Origin: an uncultured Arcobacter sp.
Lineage (GTDB): Bacteria; Campylobacterota; Campylobacteria; Campylobacterales; Arcobacteraceae
Assembly (NCBI GenBank): GCA_965140705.1
Contig: OZ223300.1
Location: 1,152,001 to 1,216,000 of the forward strand
Reading direction: 5' to 3'
Length of the DNA: 64,000 nucleotides
Part shown: piece after piece, positions 29,059 through 37,813 of the stretch
Position numbering within the stretch: position 1 is the stretch's first letter
Layout: the number at the start of each line of letters is the position of its first letter
The notes under the pieces: model-generated
The model's database searches: none
What the model saw: the letters and a program-made list of their open reading frames with translations, nothing else
What the model was told of the DNA's origin: nothing
Program-made: the position numbers and the translations under genes

Positions 29059-30246
29059 ATGCATGATTATTTAATAATTGGTGCTGGAATTATTGGGCTT
29101 AATATTGCCAAAAATTTAAAAGAGAGATTCCCCGATAGTAAAATTTTAGTTATAGAAAAAGAGCCTGAAGTTGCAATGCATAGTAGTGGTAGAAACTCAG
29201 GTGTTTTACATGCTGGTTTTTATTACACTGCAAATTCTTTAAAAGCTAAGTTTACAAAAGAGGGTAATCTTGCCCTTAAAAAGTTTTGTAAAGAGAGAAA
29301 TCTAAAATTAAATGAGTGTAAAAAAGTAGTAGTAGCCACAAATGAAGATGAATTAATTGGATTATTGGAGTTAAAAAATAGAGGTGATGCAAATGGAGTT
29401 GAGCTTCAATGGTTAAGAGAAGAAGAACTAAATACCCTCTATCCTAATGTAAAAACCTATGAAAAAGCACTTCTTTGTCCAAGTACAGCAACTGTAAATC
29501 CAAAAGAAGTGACAAAAGAGTTTGCAAAAGTTATACAAGAGCTAGGAGTTGAGTTACTTTTAGATTGTAAATATATCTCTTCAAGTAAAGATGCAGTTCT
29601 TACAAGTAAGGGTGAGTTTTATGCTAAAAAAGTGATAAATTGTGCAGGTTTATATGCTGATAAAATAGCAAGGGATTATGGCTTTTCAAAAGATTATGTA
29701 ATTATTCCTTTTAAAGGTGTATATTTAAAAGATAAAACAAATGTTTCTCAACTAAGAACAAATGTTTATCCAGTACCAAACTTGGCAAATCCTTTTTTGG
29801 GAGTTCATTATACTTTAACTGTGGATAATGAGAGTAAAATAGGACCAACAGCTATACCTGCTTTTTGGAGAGAAAATTATAAAGGTTTTGATAATTTTTC
29901 TTTGAAAGAGTTTTTGGAAGTTTCATATTATGAGTTAAAGCTTTTTATTACAGATGCTTTTTCTTTTAGAAGTTTAGCTTTTAGTGAGATAAAAAAGTAC
30001 AATTTCAAATACTTTAAAAATTTAGCGATGAAACTAACTAAAAATATGAATCACGATGGTTTTAATTCTTGGAGTACACCAGGAATAAGAGCACAACTAT
30101 TAAATAAACATACCTTAGAACTTGTACAAGATTTTGTAGTAGAATCAGATGAAAATTCAGTTCATGTACTAAATGCAGTTAGTCCTGCTTTTACCTCTTC
30201 AATTCCTTTTGCAAATTGGGTAGTTGAAGAGCATATCTTAAAATAA
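29059..30246 (+). CDS. lhgO: L-2-hydroxyglutarate oxidase/dehydrogenase family FAD enzyme
   Basis: GAGIIG, HSSGRNSGVLHAGFYY..SLKAK, NCAGLYAD, PFLGVH, GIRAQ, HVLNAVSPAFT. Confidence 0.82.
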   Translation: MHDYLIIGAGIIGLNIAKNLKERFPDSKILVIEKEPEVAMHSSGRNSGVLHAGFYYTANSLKAKFTKEGNLALKKFCKERNLKLNECKKVVVATNEDELIGLLELKNRGDANGVELQWLREEELNTLYPNVKTYEKALLCPSTATVNPKEVTKEFAKVIQELGVELLLDCKYISSSKDAVLTSKGEFYAKKVINCAGLYADKIARDYGFSKDYVIIPFKGVYLKDKTNVSQLRTNVYPVPNLANPFLGVHYTLTVDNESKIGPTAIPAFWRENYKGFDNFSLKEFLEVSYYELKLFITDAFSFRSLAFSEIKKYNFKYFKNLAMKLTKNMNHDGFNSWSTPGIRAQLLNKHTLELVQDFVVESDENSVHVLNAVSPAFTSSIPFANWVVEEHILK

Positions 30247-30267
30247 AAAAGAGCTCTTTTTTATTTT
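30241..30267. terminator. Bidirectional terminator candidate between convergent operons
   Basis: Palindrome AAATAAAAAAGAG|CTCTTTTTTATTT. Confidence 0.55.
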
Positions 30268-30826
30268 AAGGTAATACTTCTTCTTTTACTTTTACACACT
30301 CATCATATACTTTATCAAGTAATTCTCTAGCTTTTTTTTCTCTTCTATATTCTCCAAAAAAGTATATTAAAGCAAGAGCACCCAATATATCAAAGGCTAA
30401 GGCAAACCATGCTTTCATAAGAACTGCATAAGTTCCCCAAGACAAAGTTGATACTAAAAGTAAAAGCTTCATTTTAAATGAATCTTTTGAAATAGTAGCC
30501 AAGGGTGTTGTAATAGATGCTAATACTAAAAATAATCCTTCATACTCTTTAAGACCTAAAAGTAAAAATATGGAAAAGAATGGAATAGAATAAAGAATTG
30601 CTTTTTCAAGTTTTCTATATTCTAAGGCTCCCACATAATACATAAGGGCTATGATAACTGATTGGTAAACACCATGTATTCCACCACTTTGATATAAATC
30701 AGGTATTATAAAAACAACTGATGTACCTAATAAAATTTTTGTTTTTATTAAATCTTTTATTGCCATTCCAATGGCATTTAAAACTATTGCTAATACGCCT
30801 AGCAGAGGCACCATAAAGGAAAACAT
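30266..30826 (-). CDS. Inner-membrane protein (YgjV-like), last gene of the ectoine cluster
   Basis: Hydrophobic 186-aa protein with a two-repeat pattern; 12 bp downstream of the amidohydrolase, with its own SD. Confidence 0.55.
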   Translation of the reverse strand: MFSFMVPLLGVLAIVLNAIGMAIKDLIKTKILLGTSVVFIIPDLYQSGGIHGVYQSVIIALMYYVGALEYRKLEKAILYSIPFFSIFLLLGLKEYEGLFLVLASITTPLATISKDSFKMKLLLLVSTLSWGTYAVLMKAWFALAFDILGALALIYFFGEYRREKKARELLDKVYDECVKVKEEVLP

Positions 30827-30838
30827 GAAGTTTCCCTT

Positions 30839-31993
30839 TTAAAATTTAAAATTAGCTAATTTCATAAGTGATATGCTAACTGGTTTTATTAGCTTATCAT
30901 TGAAATCATAATGTACATTGTGGCAAGCTTTTTGATGTTTTTCAACTCCATCATCACTTCCTATAAGAGCAAAAGCTCCTGGGATTTTGTTTAAGTAATA
31001 ACTAAAATCTTCACTTGCCATAATTGGAGTTGCAATATTGCTTTGCCAGTTTTCACCTAAGGTGTCTTTTAATACTTCTCTCACCTTTGAAGCTTCCTCT
31101 TTATGATTGATTGTTGGTTGATATCTATCTCTTAAATCAATATCCACCTCTACATTATATGCTAGTGCAATCCCTTTTGATATCTCTTCTATTTGATTAA
31201 ATACTTTTGTTTTTAGTTCATTTGTTGGAACTCTAATACTTCCCTCAACCTTTGCATTATCGGGAATCACTGTTACTCCACTAATTGCATCTATTGATGT
31301 AACAGATACTACAACAGCATCTTGTGGTGCTACTTGTCTACTTGCGATTTGTTGTAGTGCCATAGTTAAAGCAGAAGCTGCAAGAACTGGGTCTTTACAA
31401 ATTTCAGGTTGAGAGGAGTGACCTCCCGAACCTTTAAGTGTAATATGAAAAGTTCCATTTCCAGCCATTACTGTACCCTCAGGACAAACAGCCTGACCAA
31501 ATTTAATAGCTGGCCAATTATGCCAACCAAAAATCATATCAACTCCATCTAAACATCCCTCTTCAATCATCTTTTTAGCTCCATGACCTCCCTCTTCAGC
31601 AGGTTGAAATATAAGAGATATTGGGTTTGTTAGTTTATCTTCATTTTGTTTTAACCAAATAGCAGCTGCCATTAAAGTTGCTGTATGACCATCATGTCCA
31701 CAAGCATGCATACATTGAGCTTTAACTGATTTATATGAAACATCAGTTTTCTCTTCTAATGGAAGAGCATCAATATCTCCCCTTAATGCTATATGAGGTC
31801 CCTCTTTATCTTGGGCAAGTAAGCCAACAGTTCCAGTTCCTGCATAAGTTTTATATGTAATATTATGCTTATCTAATATCTCTCTTATTGCCTTTGCGGT
31901 ATCTGTCTCTTCCCAAGTCAATTCGGGATTTTTATGTAAATTATGTCTAAAATTTGTAGCAAACTCTACTACTTCATCAAAATTATTATACAT
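30839..31993 (-). CDS. M20D amidohydrolase; probable N-alpha-acetyl-2,4-diaminobutyrate deacetylase (DoeB2 type)
   Basis: LRGDIDALP, MHACGHDGH, FQPAEEGGHG, GGHSSQP, SEDF. Substrate inferred from doeA context. Confidence 0.75.
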   Translation of the reverse strand: MYNNFDEVVEFATNFRHNLHKNPELTWEETDTAKAIREILDKHNITYKTYAGTGTVGLLAQDKEGPHIALRGDIDALPLEEKTDVSYKSVKAQCMHACGHDGHTATLMAAAIWLKQNEDKLTNPISLIFQPAEEGGHGAKKMIEEGCLDGVDMIFGWHNWPAIKFGQAVCPEGTVMAGNGTFHITLKGSGGHSSQPEICKDPVLAASALTMALQQIASRQVAPQDAVVVSVTSIDAISGVTVIPDNAKVEGSIRVPTNELKTKVFNQIEEISKGIALAYNVEVDIDLRDRYQPTINHKEEASKVREVLKDTLGENWQSNIATPIMASEDFSYYLNKIPGAFALIGSDDGVEKHQKACHNVHYDFNDKLIKPVSISLMKLANFKF

Positions 31994-32005
31994 ACCGACT
32001 CCTTT

Positions 32006-33043
32006 TTATTCTAAATACTGAATCACTTTTGCTAATTCATTATATTTTGTTAGACAATCATCACAATTAACTAAAATCTCTGATTTTGCTATTATATAAC
32101 TTTTGCCTGTTGTTCTATTTCTTACTACATTCTGTCCATCGATATTTTCAACTGCATCAAAAGTACCAATGAATTTTGTACCCCTTAAACTTACAGTTTC
32201 TAATCTTTCACCTGGTTTAATTTTGTCTTCGTATTGTAAATATGCCAATCTAGCAGAGGTACCTGTTCCTGTTGTGCTTCTACAAATAACTCCTGGGTGA
32301 ACATAAGTGGTTGAGCGTGAGGTATAAAAACCATCTTCTTTTTTCTCAACTTTTCCCATAAAATGTAAAAAAGGAACTGGTCCCACATCACCTAATAAAT
32401 AGTGTCTTAGTGACTCTTTTTTTCTAACTGCTTCAACTATTAAATAAGCTGTATCACTTAATCTTTTTTCTTCATCAAGTGTAAGATTAAATCCTAACTC
32501 ACTAGCTTCTATAAGGATATAGAAACCTCCACTATAAGCTACAGAATAGGTAATCTCACCTAACTCTTGGATTACAATTTTTTCTTTATATTGATAAATA
32601 TAACTTGGAAGTCCCTCGCAAGTTATAGATTCAACAACACCGTTTTCTACTTTAGCTTCAATATCTACAAGTCCAGCTGGTGCTTCAAGTTTAAATTTTA
32701 AGATACCATCTTTTTTCTCAACTAATCCATTTTCAATAACAGCTGTTGCAGTACACATAGTGTTTGAACCTGAATATATAGGATAACCCATAACTTCCAT
32801 AATAATATATCCAGCAACTGCTTCTTCATTTTTAGAGGGAACTACCAAATCTATAGACATCTCAGGGATACCATAAGGTTCATAAAGTAGTGTTTCTCTC
32901 AAATCATCAGCATGTTCTTGCAAGTAAAGCATTTGTTCTCTTACACTATTACCCTCTAACTCTTTTATACCTGTAAATACTATTCTACTCACATCACCAC
33001 CCGCATGGGTGTCTATTAGTCCTATTGTGTGTGGCTTATTCAT
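32006..33043 (-). CDS. Proline-racemase-family protein with Ser/Thr catalytic pair (predicted dehydratase)
   Basis: DTHAGG..RI N-terminus, YSGSNTMCTATA (Ser at the first catalytic position), PAGLV, AYSGGFY, CRSTTGTGTSAR (Thr at the second position). Confidence 0.82.
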   Translation of the reverse strand: MNKPHTIGLIDTHAGGDVSRIVFTGIKELEGNSVREQMLYLQEHADDLRETLLYEPYGIPEMSIDLVVPSKNEEAVAGYIIMEVMGYPIYSGSNTMCTATAVIENGLVEKKDGILKFKLEAPAGLVDIEAKVENGVVESITCEGLPSYIYQYKEKIVIQELGEITYSVAYSGGFYILIEASELGFNLTLDEEKRLSDTAYLIVEAVRKKESLRHYLLGDVGPVPFLHFMGKVEKKEDGFYTSRSTTYVHPGVICRSTTGTGTSARLAYLQYEDKIKPGERLETVSLRGTKFIGTFDAVENIDGQNVVRNRTTGKSYIIAKSEILVNCDDCLTKYNELAKVIQYLE

Positions 33044-34193
33044 TTTCTATCTTTAAAGAGTATTTTGCACCATGTTCTTCCCATTGAGAATCAGGTACTA
33101 TTACTATTTTTCCTAAATATCCTTTTCCCCTTGAAACAAAATATTTTTCTGCTTCATGGAGATTTGAAAGTTTAAAGGTTGCATGTAAAATGGGTTTTAG
33201 TTTTTCCTCTTTTATCCATTGCATTAACTGTTTTGCTTCATTTTTTGTACCATGTGATATCCCATGAATCTCTACTTGATAAAGATAAATCTTAGACCAT
33301 AATACTTCAGTGATATTATATGAACTAGCTCCTGCTATACTTAGTCTTGGGTAGTCATCTCTTTTTTTCATATCTATAATCATAGTATCAATAAAAATAT
33401 TTGTATATTCTCCACCAACTAAATCCATAACAGCATCAATATTTTCACCCTTTGTTGCTTCTAGAATTCTTTGTTTTAAAGTTGAGATTTCACCTCTATC
33501 AATCACTTTTTCAGCACCAAGAGCTAAAAGTTCCTCTTCTTTATCCTTAGAACTAAGGGCATAAGGGATAGCTTTTAAGACTTTGCACATTTGAATTAGG
33601 GCAGTTCCAACTCCACCACTTGCACCGCTTATTAGTACTTTATCTCCAGCTTTTACCCGTGAGGCATTTAACATTCTAAAGCCAGTTTGATATGAACACA
33701 TACCAAGAGAAGCTAATTGGGCATCATCAAGATTTTTATTTGGCATAGCATAAAAGTTTTCACTAGGAACAACTACATATTCCGCATATCCACCATCTGC
33801 TCCATGTCCATAATAATCAGGTATTAAATTTAAATCGGGATTTTGAGATAAATAGATATTAAAATCAACAAGCCCCCTTTGACCTATTAGACTTCTATTT
33901 TCATCATCTGCAACTTTTTCAACAACTCCAACGATATCTGCCCCTTGAATTCTTGGAAAGGTGAAGGTATTATCTCCTGTCATATTAAAAGAGGTTACCT
34001 CTTCTTTATTGTTATCATCAACTGGATATAAACCTTCTCGGGCTTTTCTATCTGTATTATTTTTAGCTGTTGCTGTTACTTTTATTAGAACCTCACCTTT
34101 TTTGGGTGTAGGAATTTCAACATCTTTATATATTAACTTATCTATTCCACCATGACCAACTAAGACCATAGCTTTCATTGAATTATTTTCCAT
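33036..34193 (-). CDS. MDR-family NAD(P)H oxidoreductase lacking Zn ligands
   Basis: MKAMVLVGHGG, KNNTD, FPRIQGAD, DGGYAEY, GASGGVG, GKIVI. Confidence 0.85.
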   Translation of the reverse strand: MENNSMKAMVLVGHGGIDKLIYKDVEIPTPKKGEVLIKVTATAKNNTDRKAREGLYPVDDNNKEEVTSFNMTGDNTFTFPRIQGADIVGVVEKVADDENRSLIGQRGLVDFNIYLSQNPDLNLIPDYYGHGADGGYAEYVVVPSENFYAMPNKNLDDAQLASLGMCSYQTGFRMLNASRVKAGDKVLISGASGGVGTALIQMCKVLKAIPYALSSKDKEEELLALGAEKVIDRGEISTLKQRILEATKGENIDAVMDLVGGEYTNIFIDTMIIDMKKRDDYPRLSIAGASSYNITEVLWSKIYLYQVEIHGISHGTKNEAKQLMQWIKEEKLKPILHATFKLSNLHEAEKYFVSRGKGYLGKIVIVPDSQWEEHGAKYSLKIENE

Positions 34194-34198
34194 AATTA

Positions 34199-34245
34199 CT
34201 CCAATTAATTTTAATTTATATTCTTAGGTATAAAATTAACTGGAG
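34199..34245 (-). promoter_or_regulatory. 15-bp hairpin sequestering the SD of the MDR gene
   Basis: In the mRNA, CUCCAGUUAAUUUUA pairs with UAAAAUUAAUUGGAG (one G-U); the GGAG lies 5 nt before the AUG at 34193. Confidence 0.6.
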
Positions 34246-34258
34246 TGTTCTATCACAT

Positions 34259-34288
34259 TAAAATATACTCTGTTAAAAGAGTATATAC
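34259..34288 (-). terminator. Intrinsic terminator candidate after the USP gene
   Basis: On the minus strand, AUAUACUCU...AGAGUAUAU followed by a short U run. Confidence 0.5.
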
Positions 34289-34316
34289 TTATAAATTTGA
34301 TATCTTTTATTTTCAT

Positions 34317-34763
34317 TTAGATAACCAAAACAGGACATTTAGCTAGACCAGAAATTTTGTGAGAAGTCCCACCAAGTAAATAACCAGTCAAATCACCTTG
34401 TCCTTGTTTACCTACTACAATTAGGTCGATATCATTTGTTTTTGCAAAATGTAAGATTTGCTTTGCAATTTGTCCTGAACGAATAAATCCTTTTACTTTT
34501 TCTTCTTTTAGTCCTAAGTTATGAGCTATTTTTTTACCATCTTCTACAATCTCTTTTGCATATTGACCTAAAACATCATCCATAGTTTCATACTCAACTG
34601 CACCCCTTACCATAGATAAAGAACCTTCAATAAAACTATGATGTCTAAATACAGAAACAATATTTAATTCAGAATCAAAGTTTTTACAAATCTCACAAGC
34701 TTTTTCAAGTGCATTGTAAGCTAACTCTGAACCATCTAGTCCTACTAATACTTTTTTAAACAT
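34317..34763 (-). CDS. teaD: Universal stress protein (TeaD-like)
   Basis: LVGLDGS, DLIVVGKQGQG..LLGGTSHK..CPVLV; immediately after the TRAP large permease. Confidence 0.8.
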   Translation of the reverse strand: MFKKVLVGLDGSELAYNALEKACEICKNFDSELNIVSVFRHHSFIEGSLSMVRGAVEYETMDDVLGQYAKEIVEDGKKIAHNLGLKEEKVKGFIRSGQIAKQILHFAKTNDIDLIVVGKQGQGDLTGYLLGGTSHKISGLAKCPVLVI

Positions 34764-34773
34764 AAGTTCTCCT

Positions 34774-36057
34774 TTATCTAAAAGCTAAGTCCCTAAAATA
34801 TAGGGCAATTTGTGGGAAGAAGATTAGTGCAACAGCGACTGATAAAAGTATAAAGATAAAAGGAGGTGTTCCTTTTATTACTTCAAAATATGGTCTTTTA
34901 AATATTGCAATTGCTGTAAAAATATCACAACCGAAAGGTGGTGTGGCTGAACCAATAGCAACTTGTAAAGTAATTATAGTTCCAACTAAAACAGGGTCCA
35001 ATCCCACTGAATCAACAACTGGTGAAAAAATTGGAACAAGTACTAAAATTACAACAATAGGATCAACAAACATACAACCAACAAAAAATGCAATAGATAT
35101 AACTGCTAATACCCCATATGGACCCATCTCTTTTATACCAATTGATGCTAATATTTCTTGAGGAACTTGTGCAAAAGATAAAATCCAAGCAAATGCTGCA
35201 CCAGCAGCAACCAAGATAAATACTACCGCTGTAACTAAACCAGTTGCAACAGCTGAACTATAAAATTCTTTAAATTTCATAGTTTTGAATATAACACCTT
35301 CTAAAAATAGAGCATAAGCAACACTAATAGCAGCAGCCTCAGTTGGGCTAAAAATACCACCAAAAATACCACCGATAATAATTACTGGAAATCCTAAAGG
35401 CCATAAAGCATAATAAAATGCTAATAATCTCTCTTTCCATGTAGATTTTGGTTGTGTAGGAATATCATTTTTATATGCATAAGCAATGCTGTATATTGAA
35501 AAAAGAACTAAAATCAAAAGTCCTGGTCCAATACCAGCAATAAATAATTCAGGAATAGAAGTTTTAGAAACAATTCCATAAATAATCATCCCAATACTAG
35601 GAGGAATTAAAAATGCAATATCACTAGAGTTGATTATTAAAGCAAGAATAAATGAATCTTTATATCCACCTTTTTGTAGTCTTGGTCTAAGTGGAGAACC
35701 AATTGCTACAACAGTTGCTTGAGTTGAACCTGAAACAGCTCCAAACATTGCACAAGCACAGGCAGTACTAACTGCCAAACCACCTTTTATATGTCCAACA
35801 AAAGACATAACTAAATCAATCAATTTTTCAGCTGATTTTCCCCTTGTCATAATATCTGCTGATAAAATAAACATAGGAACTGCAATAAGAGCAGCTGGTC
35901 TAATACCACCCATCATTTGCTGAATCATAAATTGCATTCTATCAAAATCACCAAATACTTCATAGAATCCAACAGTTGATCCTGCAATTAGAGGTATCAT
36001 CATTGGAAAGCCTAAGAGTAATAATACAACCATTATAGAAAAAATTAAAATTGCCAT
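34774..36057 (-). CDS. teaC: TRAP large permease DctM (TeaC-like)
   Basis: GAVSGSTQAT, SSDIAFLIPPSI, ATPPFGCDIF. Confidence 0.85.
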   Translation of the reverse strand: MAILIFSIMVVLLLLGFPMMIPLIAGSTVGFYEVFGDFDRMQFMIQQMMGGIRPAALIAVPMFILSADIMTRGKSAEKLIDLVMSFVGHIKGGLAVSTACACAMFGAVSGSTQATVVAIGSPLRPRLQKGGYKDSFILALIINSSDIAFLIPPSIGMIIYGIVSKTSIPELFIAGIGPGLLILVLFSIYSIAYAYKNDIPTQPKSTWKERLLAFYYALWPLGFPVIIIGGIFGGIFSPTEAAAISVAYALFLEGVIFKTMKFKEFYSSAVATGLVTAVVFILVAAGAAFAWILSFAQVPQEILASIGIKEMGPYGVLAVISIAFFVGCMFVDPIVVILVLVPIFSPVVDSVGLDPVLVGTIITLQVAIGSATPPFGCDIFTAIAIFKRPYFEVIKGTPPFIFILLSVAVALIFFPQIALYFRDLAFR

Positions 36058-36066
36058 CTCTTACTC

Positions 36067-36654
36067 CTAAACTTCTATTTGATTGGCTGCATCTGTATAA
36101 CCATCTTTAATATTTGTAGAAAGGTATACATCTTCATACCTAATATTTTTAAGTATTGTTGAAAAATATTGTAAGCCAGTGATTATAAAACCAATAGGAA
36201 CCCATAAATATATAATATAAACATCAATTCCTAGTGCAGGTAATATTCTTCCACTGTTATAAACACTTATGATATATAAAATCGAATAATATGATAAAAG
36301 GAACATAAATATACCAGTTACAGCTGAAATAATAATCATAAATATTTTTCTCAAATTAGAATTTAATAAGTCATAAATAGCAGACATTCTTATATGTCTA
36401 CCTTGTCTTGCTGCATAACTTAATCCAGCAAAAGTTACAATAACTATAAAAATCATATTTAATTCATCTGTGAATATAATTGCATCATTGAAAATAAATC
36501 TACTAACAACTGCTGCAATAGTATTTATAGCCATTGCTATAATCCCAAGTCCTAACATCAGTTTTTCAAATTTACCGATCAATTTATCTATAAAGTCAAG
36601 ACCTTTAAAAAGAGGGTTGATCTTTTTTTCGGATACTTTTTCTGAATTCTCCAT
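36067..36654 (-). CDS. teaB: TRAP small permease DctQ (TeaB-like)
   Basis: Four TMs; FAGLSYAARQGRHIRMSAIYD. Confidence 0.85.
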   Translation of the reverse strand: MENSEKVSEKKINPLFKGLDFIDKLIGKFEKLMLGLGIIAMAINTIAAVVSRFIFNDAIIFTDELNMIFIVIVTFAGLSYAARQGRHIRMSAIYDLLNSNLRKIFMIIISAVTGIFMFLLSYYSILYIISVYNSGRILPALGIDVYIIYLWVPIGFIITGLQYFSTILKNIRYEDVYLSTNIKDGYTDAANQIEV

Positions 36655-36713
36655 GTAAACTCCTAAATAGATAGCTTAAGTGCTATCTATTGTTTTATTA
36701 AAACTAAAAAGTT

Positions 36714-37727
36714 TTATTTTGCATTTTTTTCTGCTTCTTCTAGGTCTTTTCTCATTTGATCTAAAAGTTTTTTATTTGAAGCACTTTTTGAAGCAAACTT
36801 TTCTTGAACTGGTTTTGCTCTTTCTTTGAATGCTTTTCTCTCTTCTTTTGTTAAAGTAACAATTTTATAATCAGGATTTGTTCTTACTATTCTTCCTAAA
36901 CCATAAGCATCAAGTTTTTGAGCCTCTTTTAAAATCACTTTTTCAGCATGAGCAGAAGCTGCTTTTACAAGTTTTTTATCTTTTGCACTCAATTTATCAT
37001 AGAATTGTTTGTTTGTAACTGCACAAGCATTAAAACTACTATGTCCTATATAAGTTAAAACTTTTGATAATTTATCTAAATCATAAGCTTCAATCCAAAC
37101 AGTTGGGTTTTCTTCACCATCAACCATGTTTGTTTTTAAAGCACCAATTAAATCACCCCAACTCATTGGAACAGGAGAAGCTCCAAATGCTTTATATGTA
37201 TCAACCAGAATTGGAGAACCAGGCATAACTCTCATCTTCATTCCTTCTAAATCTTTAGGAGATCTAAATACTTTATTTGTGGTAATTGCCATTTCACCTT
37301 CTGGGAAAACTGCTAATAATTCTAATCCATGTTTATTGAAAATTGGAGGTAAAAGTTTATTAATAGCTTTTGAGTGTTTGAAAAAATAGTCTAACTCTTT
37401 TGTATCAGTTGGTAAAACGTAAGGTAGAGTAAATAGATCCATTTCTGGAATTGTTCCACCCATATAACCAGTTGATTGTCCTAAAAATTGAATCAATCCA
37501 GCTCTTGTTTGTTCCATTAAATCTGTCTCTTCACCCAATGAACCAACAGGATATATTTTAATTTTATTGTCAGAATGACTCTCTATATAGTTTTTAAATG
37601 CTACTGCATAAATACCTTGAGGATCATTTACTCCTTCACCCATTGCATACTTCCATGTTGCTGCACTAAGACTTGTTGCAGCTATCATACCTGCAAGAAC
37701 TAGAGATTTTAAGTTAATTAATTTCAT
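36714..37727 (-). CDS. teaA: TRAP DctP solute-binding protein (TeaA/UehA-like; ectoines predicted)
   Basis: Signal peptide, WKYA..EG...Q, PEGEM, KMRVM, DGEENP. Ligand inferred from context. Confidence 0.75.
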   Translation of the reverse strand: MKLINLKSLVLAGMIAATSLSAATWKYAMGEGVNDPQGIYAVAFKNYIESHSDNKIKIYPVGSLGEETDLMEQTRAGLIQFLGQSTGYMGGTIPEMDLFTLPYVLPTDTKELDYFFKHSKAINKLLPPIFNKHGLELLAVFPEGEMAITTNKVFRSPKDLEGMKMRVMPGSPILVDTYKAFGASPVPMSWGDLIGALKTNMVDGEENPTVWIEAYDLDKLSKVLTYIGHSSFNACAVTNKQFYDKLSAKDKKLVKAASAHAEKVILKEAQKLDAYGLGRIVRTNPDYKIVTLTKEERKAFKERAKPVQEKFASKSASNKKLLDQMRKDLEEAEKNAK

Positions 37728-37813
37728 AAGTTTTCCTTTATTTTTTTATTTGTTTAAACACCATTACTTTGCGTACTCTAAAAAGATTTTTTATTTTAAT
37801 CCTCCTTTATACT

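Noticed and set aside
37790..37812. Perfect SD-like AAGGAGG on the minus strand between doeA and teaA
   Set aside because: No ATG/GTG/TTG start at a suitable spacing.
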